From Candidatus Minusculum obligatum (GTDB taxonomy: Bacteria > Patescibacteriota > Minisyncoccia > Phycocordibacterales > Phycocordibacteraceae): a stretch of 64,000 bases of DNA. Below, in pieces: positions 1 to 9,846 of this stretch (position 1 is the first letter of the stretch; each line of letters opens with the position of its first letter). The notes under the pieces were generated by a model. The model did not search any database, was not told the DNA's origin, and saw nothing but the letters and a program-made list of their open reading frames with translations. Made by a program: the position numbers and the translations under genes. The DNA lies in assembly GCA_002331145.1 (NCBI GenBank), contig DCYT01000001.1, positions 223,697 to 287,696 of the forward strand. The letters run 5' to 3'.

Positions 1-580
<580 letters not shown>

Positions 581-584
<4 letters not shown>

Positions 585-1189
585 ACGCTTAGTACAATAA
601 TATCACCCTTTTTATCCGTTAGGTCCTTCTTTTTGATAGTTAGTTTATCAACTGGCTTCCCATTTGCTTCCTCTTTCTTAAACACCTTAAGAGCATCTTT
701 GTCTCCCATTCCTTCATAGTGCATAGGAATGATAACTGATGCCTCAAGCTTTACTGCAAGCTTATGCGCCTTATCCGCATCAAGTACTCCACCTCCTCCA
801 ATTGGTACAAAAAGAATGTCCACCTCATCGAGTGCCTCCCGTGCATCAGCTGGAATACTGTCTTCGCTCATTGCTCCAAGGAAAACAAGTGTCATTCCTT
901 CAAGCTCAACTACATACATAGTATTAAGTCCTTCAGGACCTCCATGCTCACTCTTTGTTAGATACCCGCGAATAGCAACTCCATTCTTCTCATATGCTCC
1001 CGGTCCACTTACAACAAATGAGTCATCCTTTGCTCCATTGAAATCAGGATGTTGCTTTGAGACAAGGGTAATATCTGCACCAAATCGTACAGGAGAGAGC
1101 TTTGAATCCTTGTGTGGAGGGTCAAAAAGGAGTGTTGTGTCACCAAAAGAGACTTTGAAACACTGTCCGCCGTGATGCGTAATAACCAT
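581..1189 (-). CDS. MBL-fold metallo-hydrolase (Lactamase_B_3-like)
   Basis: MVITHHGGQCFKV...LFDP, DILFVPIGG, IIPMHY motifs; likely start ATG 1189, 7 nt after TATACT. Confidence 0.85.
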
Positions 1190-1281
1190 TGCAAGCAGTA
1201 TACCAAACCCACCAAAATACACAATATACCTAGTTTTTAAGCCATATTATCTATTTTTAGCAAGAACACAGCTTTTAGGGG

Positions 1282-1680
1282 TTGACAAGTTTTAGTAGTG
1301 TGGTAAGGTGCTGTGGTCGGGACGGCGACCAAGGACTTAAGCGAAAGCTTCTCCTTGGTAGGCCGTCGACGTGAACCTTAAGAAATCAACCTGTCGCCAA
1401 CACATGGAGATCATTATGATCCATTCCATTCGGGGTTCCCCGAGCAATGCTCGCTTTTAATCCCGCCGAAATGACACCGATCTTGATCGACCTGGGCCGC
1501 CGCGCGGCCGCCGGCACCTGACTCGCGCTGGATGCGCAGAAAGGAAAACGTCATGAGGCCGTGATGGCCGAGGATTCAACCTTTTATAGTTGTAGATAGA
1601 TAAAATTTCGGGGCTGCTATAGCTAATCAAAGCTTTGCAGCCCCACTCACAATACTAGTCAATAAGACTAGTATTTTTAA
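1282..1680 (+). ncRNA. putative structured small transcript, unit 1 (promoter, long GNRA hairpin, micro-ORFs, terminator)
   Basis: TTGACA 1282-1287 and TGgTAAGGT 1301-1309; hairpin ~1316-1370 closed by a GAAA loop; GGAG + ORF 1416-1460 (MIHSIRGSPSNARF) and ORF 1471-1521 (MTPILIDLGRRAAAGT); hairpin 1610-1644; terminator 1651-1678. Confidence 0.55.
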
Positions 1681-1776
1681 TATCAGACAACTTGTTGACA
1701 ACTTCATAACATTCTCGCAATAATAGACGAGTTGACCTTGCGTATTGTACGCAAGGTAAATTGGAAGGATCAACAA

Positions 1777-1881
1777 ATGTTGAAACTTACCATCCGTTCC
1801 ACGCACGATCCGGGCTGCCGCCGTAGCGCCACCCTGATCGAAGTGGATCAATGCGAGACCATCGCCAACGTCGCTCGATGA
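1777..1881 (+). CDS. 34-aa small protein, unit 2 (MLKLTIRSTHDPGCRRSATLIEVDQCETIANVAR)
   Basis: TTGACA 1695-1700, 5' hairpin ACCTTGCGTA-ttg-TACGCAAGGT, GGAAGGA before the ATG, terminator GCCCACAGCA-c-TGCTGTGGGC-TTTCTTTTT at 1928-1957. Confidence 0.5.
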   Translation: MLKLTIRSTHDPGCRRSATLIEVDQCETIANVAR

Positions 1882-2048
1882 ACGATCGCCCACAAGGAGG
1901 GAAACATGGATCCGCCCGAGTATTACCGCCCACAGCACTGCTGTGGGCTTTCTTTTTGTTTTCCTACATAAATTCTTGACCTCAAAGTAATTAATGCTAC
2001 GTTTTAAGTACTTGCTTCATTCCGAAGTAGGTTGAACGGAGGTCTATC

Positions 2049-2153
2049 ATGACCCATCACACCAGCTTTGCTGTCAACACGGAGCGAATCAACGCTGCTA
2101 CTGTTGACTACACGCTCGCTGTTGAAACCGGCCGGACCGCCACGCACGGATAG
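2049..2153 (+). CDS. 34-aa small protein, unit 3 (MTHHTSFAVNTERINAATVDYTLAVETGRTATHG)
   Basis: TTGACC 1976-1981 and TGcTACGTT; 5' hairpin 2010-2032; SD GGAGGT; 3' hairpin 2181-2212 and terminator ~2217-2246. Confidence 0.55.
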   Translation: MTHHTSFAVNTERINAATVDYTLAVETGRTATHG

Positions 2154-2372
2154 TCCAGGTCGCCGTCGAATACTCTAAACCTGTGTGGGGAGCCCCAGTG
2201 CTCCTCATGCAGACACAGCTCACAGTTTAACTGTGGGTTTTTCTTTACTTTTCATACAAAAATAGCTATATTTCCATGACTTCAGTACGGAGTAATTAAT
2301 TGACGTATGTAGCTAACACTGCGCTCTATAAAGCAGTACTAGATACGAAACTCCCGAACAAGACAATTACAT

Positions 2373-3449
2373 ATGTTTGGAACAAAAGAGATGGAACATC
2401 CTCTGAATCATTTGATTGAGGAGGCACCAGAGCCACCACAGCCAGGAGATACTGTAGAAGGAGAAATTGTAGCGATTGACCGTGGTCGTGTATACGTAGA
2501 CCTTCCCCCATTTGGGACAGGTATTATCTATGGACGTGAGTACCTAAGTGCTTCTGATATTCTTCGAAAGAGCAATATTGGAGATGCTATTTCTGCAAAG
2601 GTTGTAGATAGCTCAGGACTTGATGGATACATCGAGCTTTCACTTAAGGAAGCACGCCAAGCTGCTATCTGGGGAGAGGCAGAACTTGCTATCGCAGGAG
2701 GTACTACCTACAACATCAATGTTGAGGATGCGAATAAGGGAGGACTTATTCTTAAGTGGCAAGGAATCGATGGATTCCTTCCAGCTTCACAGCTGCGAAG
2801 CGAACACTACCCTCGAGTACAAGATGGAGACAAGGATGAAATTCTTGGAGAACTTAAGAAGTTTATCGGTACTCCCCTTGCTGTTCGAATCATCACAGCA
2901 GATCCAAAGGAAGGAAAGCTTATCTTTACTGAGAAATCTCACGAAGAGGAAGAGGCAAAGACAGATGCAGTTGATAAGTACTCTGTAGGAGATGTTGTAG
3001 AAGGAACCGTAACAGGAGGTGTTGAGTTTGGTCTCTTTGTTGAGATTGAGCAGGGTCTTGAGGGACTTGTGCACATCTCAGAGATCGACTGGGCTCTTGT
3101 TGAGGACCCAGCAGCTCTCTACCCTGTTGGAACAGCAGTTAAAGTTAAGGTTATTGATGTGAAGGACGGAAAGGTTTCTCTTTCAATCAAGGCTCTTAAG
3201 GAGAACCCTTGGGATACTGCAGCAAAGAAGTACAAGAAGGACACTGAGGTTACTGGAGTTGTTATCAAGTACAACAAGCATGGAGCTCTTGCCTCTATTG
3301 AGGAAGGAGTTGCAGGACTTGTGCATGTTTCAGAATTTGAAAGCATGGCAGATCTTCGAGAGAAACTTGAGCTTGGAAAGACATACCCATTCACCATTAC
3401 TCTCTTTGAAGCAAAGGAGCAGCGCATGACGCTCTCATACAAAGGATAA
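2373..3449 (+). CDS. rpsA: 30S ribosomal protein S1 (short, ~4 S1 domains)
   Basis: Repeated S1 motifs (GDVVEGTV..FGLFVEI..GLEGLVHISEI), 358 aa. Confidence 0.9.
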   Translation: MFGTKEMEHPLNHLIEEAPEPPQPGDTVEGEIVAIDRGRVYVDLPPFGTGIIYGREYLSASDILRKSNIGDAISAKVVDSSGLDGYIELSLKEARQAAIWGEAELAIAGGTTYNINVEDANKGGLILKWQGIDGFLPASQLRSEHYPRVQDGDKDEILGELKKFIGTPLAVRIITADPKEGKLIFTEKSHEEEEAKTDAVDKYSVGDVVEGTVTGGVEFGLFVEIEQGLEGLVHISEIDWALVEDPAALYPVGTAVKVKVIDVKDGKVSLSIKALKENPWDTAAKKYKKDTEVTGVVIKYNKHGALASIEEGVAGLVHVSEFESMADLREKLELGKTYPFTITLFEAKEQRMTLSYKG

Positions 3450-3459
3450 TCAATTCCTT

Positions 3460-3495
3460 AATAAAAACACCCTCCGTCTGGAGGGTGTTTTTATT
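3460..3495 (+). terminator. intrinsic terminator after rpsA
   Basis: AATAAAAACACCCTCC-gtct-GGAGGGTGTTTTTATT perfect inverted repeat. Confidence 0.85.
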
Positions 3496-3559
3496 TTGAC
3501 TTTTCTCTATTTGAGGAGTACCTTCGATATTAGAAATGTACTTAGCCAGGGAGGAAATA

Positions 3560-3727
3560 ATGGCACAAGAAACTATTGGTGAGGGCGGAAGCATTGATGC
3601 AAACGGCAACTTTGTTCCTGCAAAAGGCGGAAGTCCGATTGTACCATTCGTGATTGACATCGTGGTTTTCGTCGGAATTGTCTGGGCACTCCTAAGTGGA
3701 ATCTCCTGGATTGTAAACGCCCTCTAG
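3560..3727 (+). CDS. 55-aa small protein with C-terminal TM helix (SD cassette)
   Basis: TTGACT-17-TACCTT promoter 3496-3524, SD GGGAGG 3549-3554, ATG 3560, terminator AACGGCTCAC-ctgt-GTGAGCCGTT. Confidence 0.7.
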   Translation: MAQETIGEGGSIDANGNFVPAKGGSPIVPFVIDIVVFVGIVWALLSGISWIVNAL

Positions 3728-3806
3728 ATTTACCGAACCTATTTAACGGCTCACCTGTGTGAGCCGTTTCTACTGCTATACTCTTATGCAGAAAGGAGGT
3801 AAGGAA

Positions 3807-3926
3807 ATGATACACCCTGATGATTTCCCTCCACGTGAACGCAGACAAGGACATAAATTCCTTTGGGGACTTTTGCTCGTTGGGGCAGTTCTTGCAGTTA
3901 CTGCTATTCGATGCACCGGTGCTTAG
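3807..3926 (+). CDS. 39-aa single-TM small protein (MIHPDDFPPRERRQGHKFLWGLLLVGAVLAVTAIRCTGA)
   Basis: TGcTATACT box, perfect SD AAAGGAGGT 3792-3800, basic stretch then a hydrophobic helix. Confidence 0.65.
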   Translation: MIHPDDFPPRERRQGHKFLWGLLLVGAVLAVTAIRCTGA

Positions 3927-4516
3927 CGCCAACTATTCACTTCATTCTGTGCAATCACGTGACCGTCGGCAAGGATAAGCTCAACAGCTTGCCTCGCCTT
4001 TTTCTTTGCCTTATTCCAAGTAGTCTTATCTTTTCCAAAATCACTCATCAAATACTTAAGTACTTTCTCCTCCCCCTTCGGCTTCTTTGTCTTCCCCTTG
4101 GGGGTTGCAGCAGATATCCCTACCCGAAGACGAATAAAATCTTTTGTTTTTATTCCTCGCATTATTGAGTCAACTCCCTTGTGTCCACCTGATCCTCCTC
4201 CAAAAGATATTTTTATCTTCCCTAAAGGCAAATCAAGATCGTCATAGATAACAATCATTTTCTTTGCAGCATTCACGCTCTTCACAATTTTAGATACCGC
4301 AGACCCAGACTTATTCATGAAGGTGTTTGGAGACAAGAGTGTCACCTTCTCCCCTTCTATTACACCTGTTCCCTTTTCTGCATTACTTGCCTTGTGCTCC
4401 TTCATTTCAATTCCATACTCATCTGCAAGCAAATCAATCACCATGCGTCCAACATTGTGCTTTGTATTTGTGTATTCCCCTCCCGGATTTCCGAGCCCAA
4501 CGATTGTATGTGCCAT
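3923..4516 (-). CDS. pth: peptidyl-tRNA hydrolase
   Basis: IVGLGNPG..Y.NTKHNVG, FMNKSG, YDDLDL, GGHKG motifs. Confidence 0.95.
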   Translation of the reverse strand: MAHTIVGLGNPGGEYTNTKHNVGRMVIDLLADEYGIEMKEHKASNAEKGTGVIEGEKVTLLSPNTFMNKSGSAVSKIVKSVNAAKKMIVIYDDLDLPLGKIKISFGGGSGGHKGVDSIMRGIKTKDFIRLRVGISAATPKGKTKKPKGEEKVLKYLMSDFGKDKTTWNKAKKKARQAVELILADGHVIAQNEVNSWR

Positions 4517-4532
4517 TATTCGTGATTGTATC

Positions 4533-4569
4533 AGAAAAGACTCACATCGTGTGATGTGAGTCTTTTTTC
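4533..4569. terminator. hairpin terminator for the 4817-4569 gene
   Basis: AAAAGACTCACATC-gtgt-GATGTGAGTCTTTT. Confidence 0.75.
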
Positions 4570-4817
4570 TATAATCTCAAGCCTTTTGAAACATACTCAA
4601 CAAAGTCTGTAGCAAATCCCTTTAATCTAAGTTTTTTCTCAAAAGAACTTTTTTTTACCTTATGCGGATAAGTTGTTAAACACTCTGTAATAGAAGAAGC
4701 AATTGCGTGCGCCTCAAAGGCAGTAAACGCACCACCATTTTGTAAGCGTTCTTCAATACCTCTTCCAAGCGCATGAACATACAAAACTGTTGCTGGATGC
4801 AAACCTTTTTGCGACAT
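4569..4817 (-). CDS. 82-aa hypothetical protein (SD cassette)
   Basis: Minus strand TTGTAT-17-TAGCTT, SD GGAGGTG 4 nt before ATG, terminator directly after the stop. Confidence 0.65.
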   Translation of the reverse strand: MSQKGLHPATVLYVHALGRGIEERLQNGGAFTAFEAHAIASSITECLTTYPHKVKKSSFEKKLRLKGFATDFVEYVSKGLRL

Positions 4818-4913
4818 AATTCACCTCCAATCTTTACTCAAGCTACCTAAAAATTTTTCAAAATACAAGAAATTTGCATCGAACCTTTGAAGTAAGTACA
4901 ATAGTGTCTACTT

Positions 4914-5453
4914 ATGGCCTTTCTAAAGTTTGTTCTACGAGAAATTCTTGTTTTCCTACTCTTGGCCGTCCTCATTGTTGTTCCGTTTCGACTTTTTATT
5001 GCCCAACCCTTCGTTGTACAAGGTGCTTCGATGGAACCAACATACATAAATGGCGAGTACCTCATTATTGACCAGCTAAGTTATAGATTTGGTGACCCTA
5101 AGCGTGGAGATGTGATCACCTTCCGCTACCCAGAAGACCCTTCTGTCTTCTTTATTAAAAGAATTGTTGGACTTCCTGGAGAAACTGTCGTTGTAGAGGA
5201 TGAGACAGTAACAGTAACCACTCCTGGAGTAGGAACAGTCCAGTTGGTGGAGCCATATGCAAAATTTGATGGCCCACTATTTGGAAGACAGAGCTTAACT
5301 CTAGATGAAGGAGAGTATTACGTCCTTGGAGACAATAGGCCACGAAGTGCTGACTCTCGTGTATGGGGAGCACTTCCTGAAGAAAATATTATGGGACGAG
5401 CATTCCTTCGATTACTACCACTTAACAACATTGATTACTTGCCAGGAATATAA
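4914..5453 (+). CDS. lepB: signal peptidase I
   Basis: GASMEPT (catalytic Ser), FIKRIVGLPGE (Lys), GDNRPRSADSR. Confidence 0.95.
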   Translation: MAFLKFVLREILVFLLLAVLIVVPFRLFIAQPFVVQGASMEPTYINGEYLIIDQLSYRFGDPKRGDVITFRYPEDPSVFFIKRIVGLPGETVVVEDETVTVTTPGVGTVQLVEPYAKFDGPLFGRQSLTLDEGEYYVLGDNRPRSADSRVWGALPEENIMGRAFLRLLPLNNIDYLPGI

Positions 5454-5454
5454 T

Positions 5455-6618
5455 ATGGGACAGAATGACATTTTTCTTACAGTTGATCCTGATGTGCTTC
5501 TAAAGCGCACACATGCTATTGCCTCATACTATGGATTTGAGTACCTTCCTGACTTTTTAAATGCACGTAAAGATAGAAAAACGAAAGCAACATATCCAGA
5601 TGGCATTGACCCAAAGACAATGGATCCGGTAAGTGGAACATTTGCACAATTCCTGCGACAAATGAAAGAGTACGATGTTGATCCAAATGGTCGACCTCGC
5701 TTCTTCTGGCACACCAATGCAACACCAGGGCGAAGGAGTCCAAAGCAACTAACAGTACACCTACATATTGTTGGAGTTGAAAAAGCTATTGCAGATGCTC
5801 TTATGGTGCGAACCTTCAAAGCACTTATACGAGACCTTACAAAAGAAGATCCTGTAGTACGAGTTAACTCTATGGGAGATCCAGATACGCTCGTTCGATA
5901 CTCACGAGAACTTGGAAACTTCTTTAAGCGAAATATCACAGAACTTTCTCCACAGTGTCAGGCACACCTTCGAAATGACCCCCTTGAAGCACTTGATCAT
6001 CTTCTTCGATACGAAGATGGCTTGGGACACCGAGCCCCCTCTCCTATGGACTACCTCTCTGAGAGCTCTCGTGTACAGCTTGAGGGACTTCTTGAGTACC
6101 TTGAGGCAACAAAGACTGAGTACGAGCTAACACCACACCTCTTTGATCGAAAAGGAAATCTTTCAGAGACAAACTTTGAGCTTGTAACAAGTGAAGGACC
6201 TATCGTACGCGGAGGACGGTACAACACTCTTGCAAGTAAGTTCTATAAAGAAGGAGGGCAAGTGGTTGGAGGCGTACTCCGAGCTAATGCAAAAACAGAA
6301 GCTGAACCAAAGCGAGTTCCAAAGAAAAAGAACTCTGCACCTATTGTATTTGTCCAGGTTGGACCTGAAGCAAAGAGACTTTCTCTTTCTCTTCTTGAAG
6401 AGCTTCGTGATGCAAACGTAAAGCTTGCACAGACTGTAGGTATTGAGTCACTCATCGACCAAATGACAGTGGCAGACAGCATCGACTCTCCATACCTTAT
6501 GATCATGGGGCACAAAGAGGCTCTTGAAAACAGTGTGATAATTCGGGACCGAGCAACAAATTCTCAAACTACTGTACCTATTGATTCTCTTGTAGATGAA
6601 TTACAGAAGCTTGCGTAA
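5455..6618 (+). CDS. degenerate histidyl-tRNA synthetase-like protein with C-terminal HGTP anticodon-binding domain
   Basis: GGRYNTL motif 3, NPLR-like segment, C-terminal ..QMTVADSIDSPYLMIMGHKEALENSVIIRD; class II motif 2 eroded; likely start ATG 5455. Confidence 0.7.
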   Translation: MGQNDIFLTVDPDVLLKRTHAIASYYGFEYLPDFLNARKDRKTKATYPDGIDPKTMDPVSGTFAQFLRQMKEYDVDPNGRPRFFWHTNATPGRRSPKQLTVHLHIVGVEKAIADALMVRTFKALIRDLTKEDPVVRVNSMGDPDTLVRYSRELGNFFKRNITELSPQCQAHLRNDPLEALDHLLRYEDGLGHRAPSPMDYLSESSRVQLEGLLEYLEATKTEYELTPHLFDRKGNLSETNFELVTSEGPIVRGGRYNTLASKFYKEGGQVVGGVLRANAKTEAEPKRVPKKKNSAPIVFVQVGPEAKRLSLSLLEELRDANVKLAQTVGIESLIDQMTVADSIDSPYLMIMGHKEALENSVIIRDRATNSQTTVPIDSLVDELQKLA

Positions 6619-6660
6619 AGACTTCACTTTTTTACCCCTCTATGTTACATTTTCCGCACT

Positions 6661-6921
6661 ATGAATAACGCAGTTCGCGTAGAAGTATCAAAGAAAGGGA
6701 GCGAGAATAGCACATCGCTTATTCGTCGTTTCTCACGTCGTGCTATGAGCGCGGCTATTGTGCGAACAATGCGAAATCGTCGATTCTTCGACCGACCTCT
6801 TTCAAAGAACGTGCAGCAGAAGAAAAAGCTTCACTCACTTGCAAAGCGAGCCAACTATGAGGAGCAGGTAAAGCTTGGTAAAATTGATCCAGCCGCACGT
6901 AAGCGTGGCCGACGCCGCTAA
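6661..6921 (+). CDS. rpsU: 30S ribosomal protein bS21
   Basis: VEVSKKGSENSTSLIRRFSRR...RRFFDRP, a basic bS21 pattern with an extended C-terminus. Confidence 0.8.
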   Translation: MNNAVRVEVSKKGSENSTSLIRRFSRRAMSAAIVRTMRNRRFFDRPLSKNVQQKKKLHSLAKRANYEEQVKLGKIDPAARKRGRRR

Positions 6922-7301
6922 TGGATACGAATTTTTCAATACGTAAAACTTCGCGGGGTATTCCCCCGCGAATTTTATATAAAGAGATCAAGAACGATAT
7001 TCTCGGGAAGAGTTTTGATTTGTCTCTTGTTTTTGTTGGAGACATGCTTGCAACTCGTTTAAATATTGAACGAAGAGGAAAAGGATATACACCAAATGTT
7101 CTAACCTTTCCGTTAACTGAAAAGTCAGGAGAGATGTTTATTAATCTTCGTGAAGCGAAGCGTCAGGCAAAAAAATATGGTGTTCCATACAGAACTTGGA
7201 CACTCCAATTGTTTATCCACGGCCTACTACACTTGGAGGGTATGGATCATGGCGCTACAATGGAAACAAAGGAGCAGAAGCTTGTGAGGAAGTACTCATA
7301 A
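6921..7301 (+). CDS. ybeY: rRNA maturation RNase YbeY
   Basis: TPNVLTFP and HGLLHLEGMDH zinc motif. Confidence 0.92.
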   Translation: MDTNFSIRKTSRGIPPRILYKEIKNDILGKSFDLSLVFVGDMLATRLNIERRGKGYTPNVLTFPLTEKSGEMFINLREAKRQAKKYGVPYRTWTLQLFIHGLLHLEGMDHGATMETKEQKLVRKYS

Positions 7302-7322
7302 TCTAGCGCCTATGTTTTTTCC

Positions 7323-8495
7323 ATGGCACGCCGCATTGCAACAGGTATTGATATTGGAACCCACCAGGTAAAGGTGGTTATTGCTGAGGTTGCCCAAACA
7401 AAAGGAGGAAGCACCTACCCCAAAATCCTAGGAACTGGAATCTCTGAAAGCAAAGGACTTAGGCACGGATATATTGTAAATAACACTGACGTTTCAAAGA
7501 GTGTTGCAGAAGCACACCAGCAAGCTGAGGCCGCTGCTGGTATTCAGACAAAGAAAGCGTTTCTTTCTGTTGGAGGTATTGGTATTGATGAGATTAAAAC
7601 AACAGGAGAGACAATTATTCAAAGAGCAGACTCTGAGGTAACTGATCTTGATGTAGAAAAAGCTATTGAAGCTGCTCGAATGCTAGCTGAGCCGAACCTT
7701 ACCAATCGAAGGGTGCTCCACCAAATTCCCCTCACCTATCGTCTTGATGGACATGCAGTCCACGGCAACCGTCCACAAGGGATGAGCGGAACAAAACTAG
7801 AGGTTGATGTGCTTTTCATAACAACTCTTAAGCAACACCATGATGATTTAGTTGCTGCAGTAGAAGAAATTGGTATTGAAGTACTGGACGAGATGGCGTC
7901 TCCCCTTGCAGGAAGTTTTGTAACTCTTTCAAAAGAACAGAAGATGAAAGGAGTGGTTCTTGCAAACATTGGAGCTGAGACAGTGTCTGTTGTTATTTAT
8001 GACCACAATGTTCCTGTGTCAGTTAAAGTTTTTGATATTGGAAGTGCCAACATTACCGACGACCTGGCACTCGCTCTTCGCATTCCTCCAGAGGATGCAG
8101 AGAAGCTAAAGCTCAATAAATTAGCTGGAGAAGGATATCCAGAGAAACGAGTGCAGTCTATTATCCAACAACGACTTAAGGCTATCTTTGCACTCATTGA
8201 TGCGCACCTTAAAGAGATTGGGAAGAACCAAATGCTTCCTGCTGGAGTTGTGTTAGCTGGAGGAGGAGCTGGGATTGGAGATATTCGAGACATTGCACGA
8301 AGTTGCTTGAAGCTTCCATCACGAACAGCACAGCTGCAGGTACCGGAGAACACCCAAATAAAGGATTCTTCATGGGCTGTTGCATATGGACTTACTATTT
8401 GGGGTCTTACAAGTGAACAAGAGACAGGTGCAAGTACCATGATTCGAGGAGCTGGGAACTCTTTTACAAAATTCTTCAAACAGTTCCTTCCATAG
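7323..8495 (+). CDS. ftsA: cell division protein FtsA
   Basis: GIDIGTHQVKV, SKGLRHG, NIGAETV, GVVLAGGGA; upstream of ftsZ. Confidence 0.93.
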   Translation: MARRIATGIDIGTHQVKVVIAEVAQTKGGSTYPKILGTGISESKGLRHGYIVNNTDVSKSVAEAHQQAEAAAGIQTKKAFLSVGGIGIDEIKTTGETIIQRADSEVTDLDVEKAIEAARMLAEPNLTNRRVLHQIPLTYRLDGHAVHGNRPQGMSGTKLEVDVLFITTLKQHHDDLVAAVEEIGIEVLDEMASPLAGSFVTLSKEQKMKGVVLANIGAETVSVVIYDHNVPVSVKVFDIGSANITDDLALALRIPPEDAEKLKLNKLAGEGYPEKRVQSIIQQRLKAIFALIDAHLKEIGKNQMLPAGVVLAGGGAGIGDIRDIARSCLKLPSRTAQLQVPENTQIKDSSWAVAYGLTIWGLTSEQETGASTMIRGAGNSFTKFFKQFLP

Positions 8496-8581
8496 GACAC
8501 AAATAGAGGTGACATGTCAACGCTTTGCAAGCGCTGTTTCATTTCTGTATGATAGGTAGCAACTAATTAAGCGCGTAAGAT

Positions 8582-9787
8582 ATGGCAAGAAAAGTACAGC
8601 CCGACGTAGAATCATTTGCACGAATTCGAGTGGTTGGAGTTGGAGGGTCAGGAAACAATGCGGTTAATCATATGATTAACTCAAAAGTGAAGGGAGTTGA
8701 GTTCATTGCGATCAATACTGATGCGCAAGATCTTCATAGGTCACTAGCAAAGAGGAAAATTCATATTGGAAAGAACGTAACACGAGGATTGGGAGCTGGA
8801 GGACATCCAGACACGGGACAGCGAGCAGCCGAGGAAACTCGTGAAGAAATTCAGGAAGCACTAAAAGGTTCTGACATGGTATTTGTTACCTGCGGAATGG
8901 GAGGAGGAACAGGAACAGGAGCAGCACCTGTTATTGCACGGATAGCTCAAGAAGTAGGAGCACTTACTGTGGCTGTTGTTACAAAGCCATTCTCATTTGA
9001 AGGACAGCAACGAACACGGACTGCAGAGCACGGACTTGCAGTACTTAAGGATTCAGTAGATGCGCACATCGCTATTCCAAACGACAAGCTGCTAACTATT
9101 GTTGATCAGAACACAACAAGCAAATCAGCGTTTGCTATGTGTGATGACATTCTTCGACAAGCTGTTGAGGGAGTATCAGACATTATTACAACCGCAGGAG
9201 AAATTAATACTGACTTCAATGACATTAAGTCAGTTATGGAGGCTGCAGGACCTGCCCTTATGGGAATTGGAATTGCAGATGGTGACACTCGAGCTAAAGA
9301 TGCTGCAGAGATCGCTATCAATTCCCCACTTCTTGATGTATCTATCTCAGGAGCTAAGGGAGTATTGCTTGCTGTTGCAGGAAGCGATGATCTTGGAATC
9401 CTTGAGGTTCAGGAAGCTGCAAAGGTTGTAACTGAAGCAGTTGATACTGATGCGAAGATTATCTTCGGAATCATGAAGGACGAGAAGCTTAAGAAGGGTC
9501 ACATCCGTGTAATTGTTATCGCAACAGGATTCCCAGAAAAAGGTTCGAATGTTGTACCTGAGCGAAACACTTCCCTTTTCTCACTTCCACGAAAGGAACA
9601 GGAGGATGAGAGGGACCGAATCTACAATTCAGTAATTCCAAAGAGCAAGGAGGTTACAGAAGAAAAGAAAGAAGAAGTACCGGTAGTAGAAGAGCCTCTT
9701 GAAGAAGAAGTAATTGAAGACGAGGACGATAATCAAAAAGATAATCTAGGAGGAGCAATTCCTTCATTCTTACGACGCAATAAGTAA
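8582..9787 (+). CDS. ftsZ: cell division protein FtsZ
   Basis: [24 protein letters not shown]-terminal IPSFLRR. Confidence 0.98.
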   Translation: MARKVQPDVESFARIRVVGVGGSGNNAVNHMINSKVKGVEFIAINTDAQDLHRSLAKRKIHIGKNVTRGLGAGGHPDTGQRAAEETREEIQEALKGSDMVFVTCGMGGGTGTGAAPVIARIAQEVGALTVAVVTKPFSFEGQQRTRTAEHGLAVLKDSVDAHIAIPNDKLLTIVDQNTTSKSAFAMCDDILRQAVEGVSDIITTAGEINTDFNDIKSVMEAAGPALMGIGIADGDTRAKDAAEIAINSPLLDVSISGAKGVLLAVAGSDDLGILEVQEAAKVVTEAVDTDAKIIFGIMKDEKLKKGHIRVIVIATGFPEKGSNVVPERNTSLFSLPRKEQEDERDRIYNSVIPKSKEVTEEKKEEVPVVEEPLEEEVIEDEDDNQKDNLGGAIPSFLRRNK

Positions 9788-9846
9788 AAGCAAACACTCT
9801 CTGTTTGATGTATACTGGGCTGTAATAACAGCTCAGTTTTCATTTT

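Noticed and set aside
1627-1938. 103-aa minus-strand ORF
   Set aside because: It is antisense to unit 2 and crosses its promoter and terminators, with no start signals.
5305-5454. N-terminal extension of the HisRS-like ORF
   Set aside because: It overlaps lepB out of frame; ATG 5455 directly after the lepB stop is the natural start.
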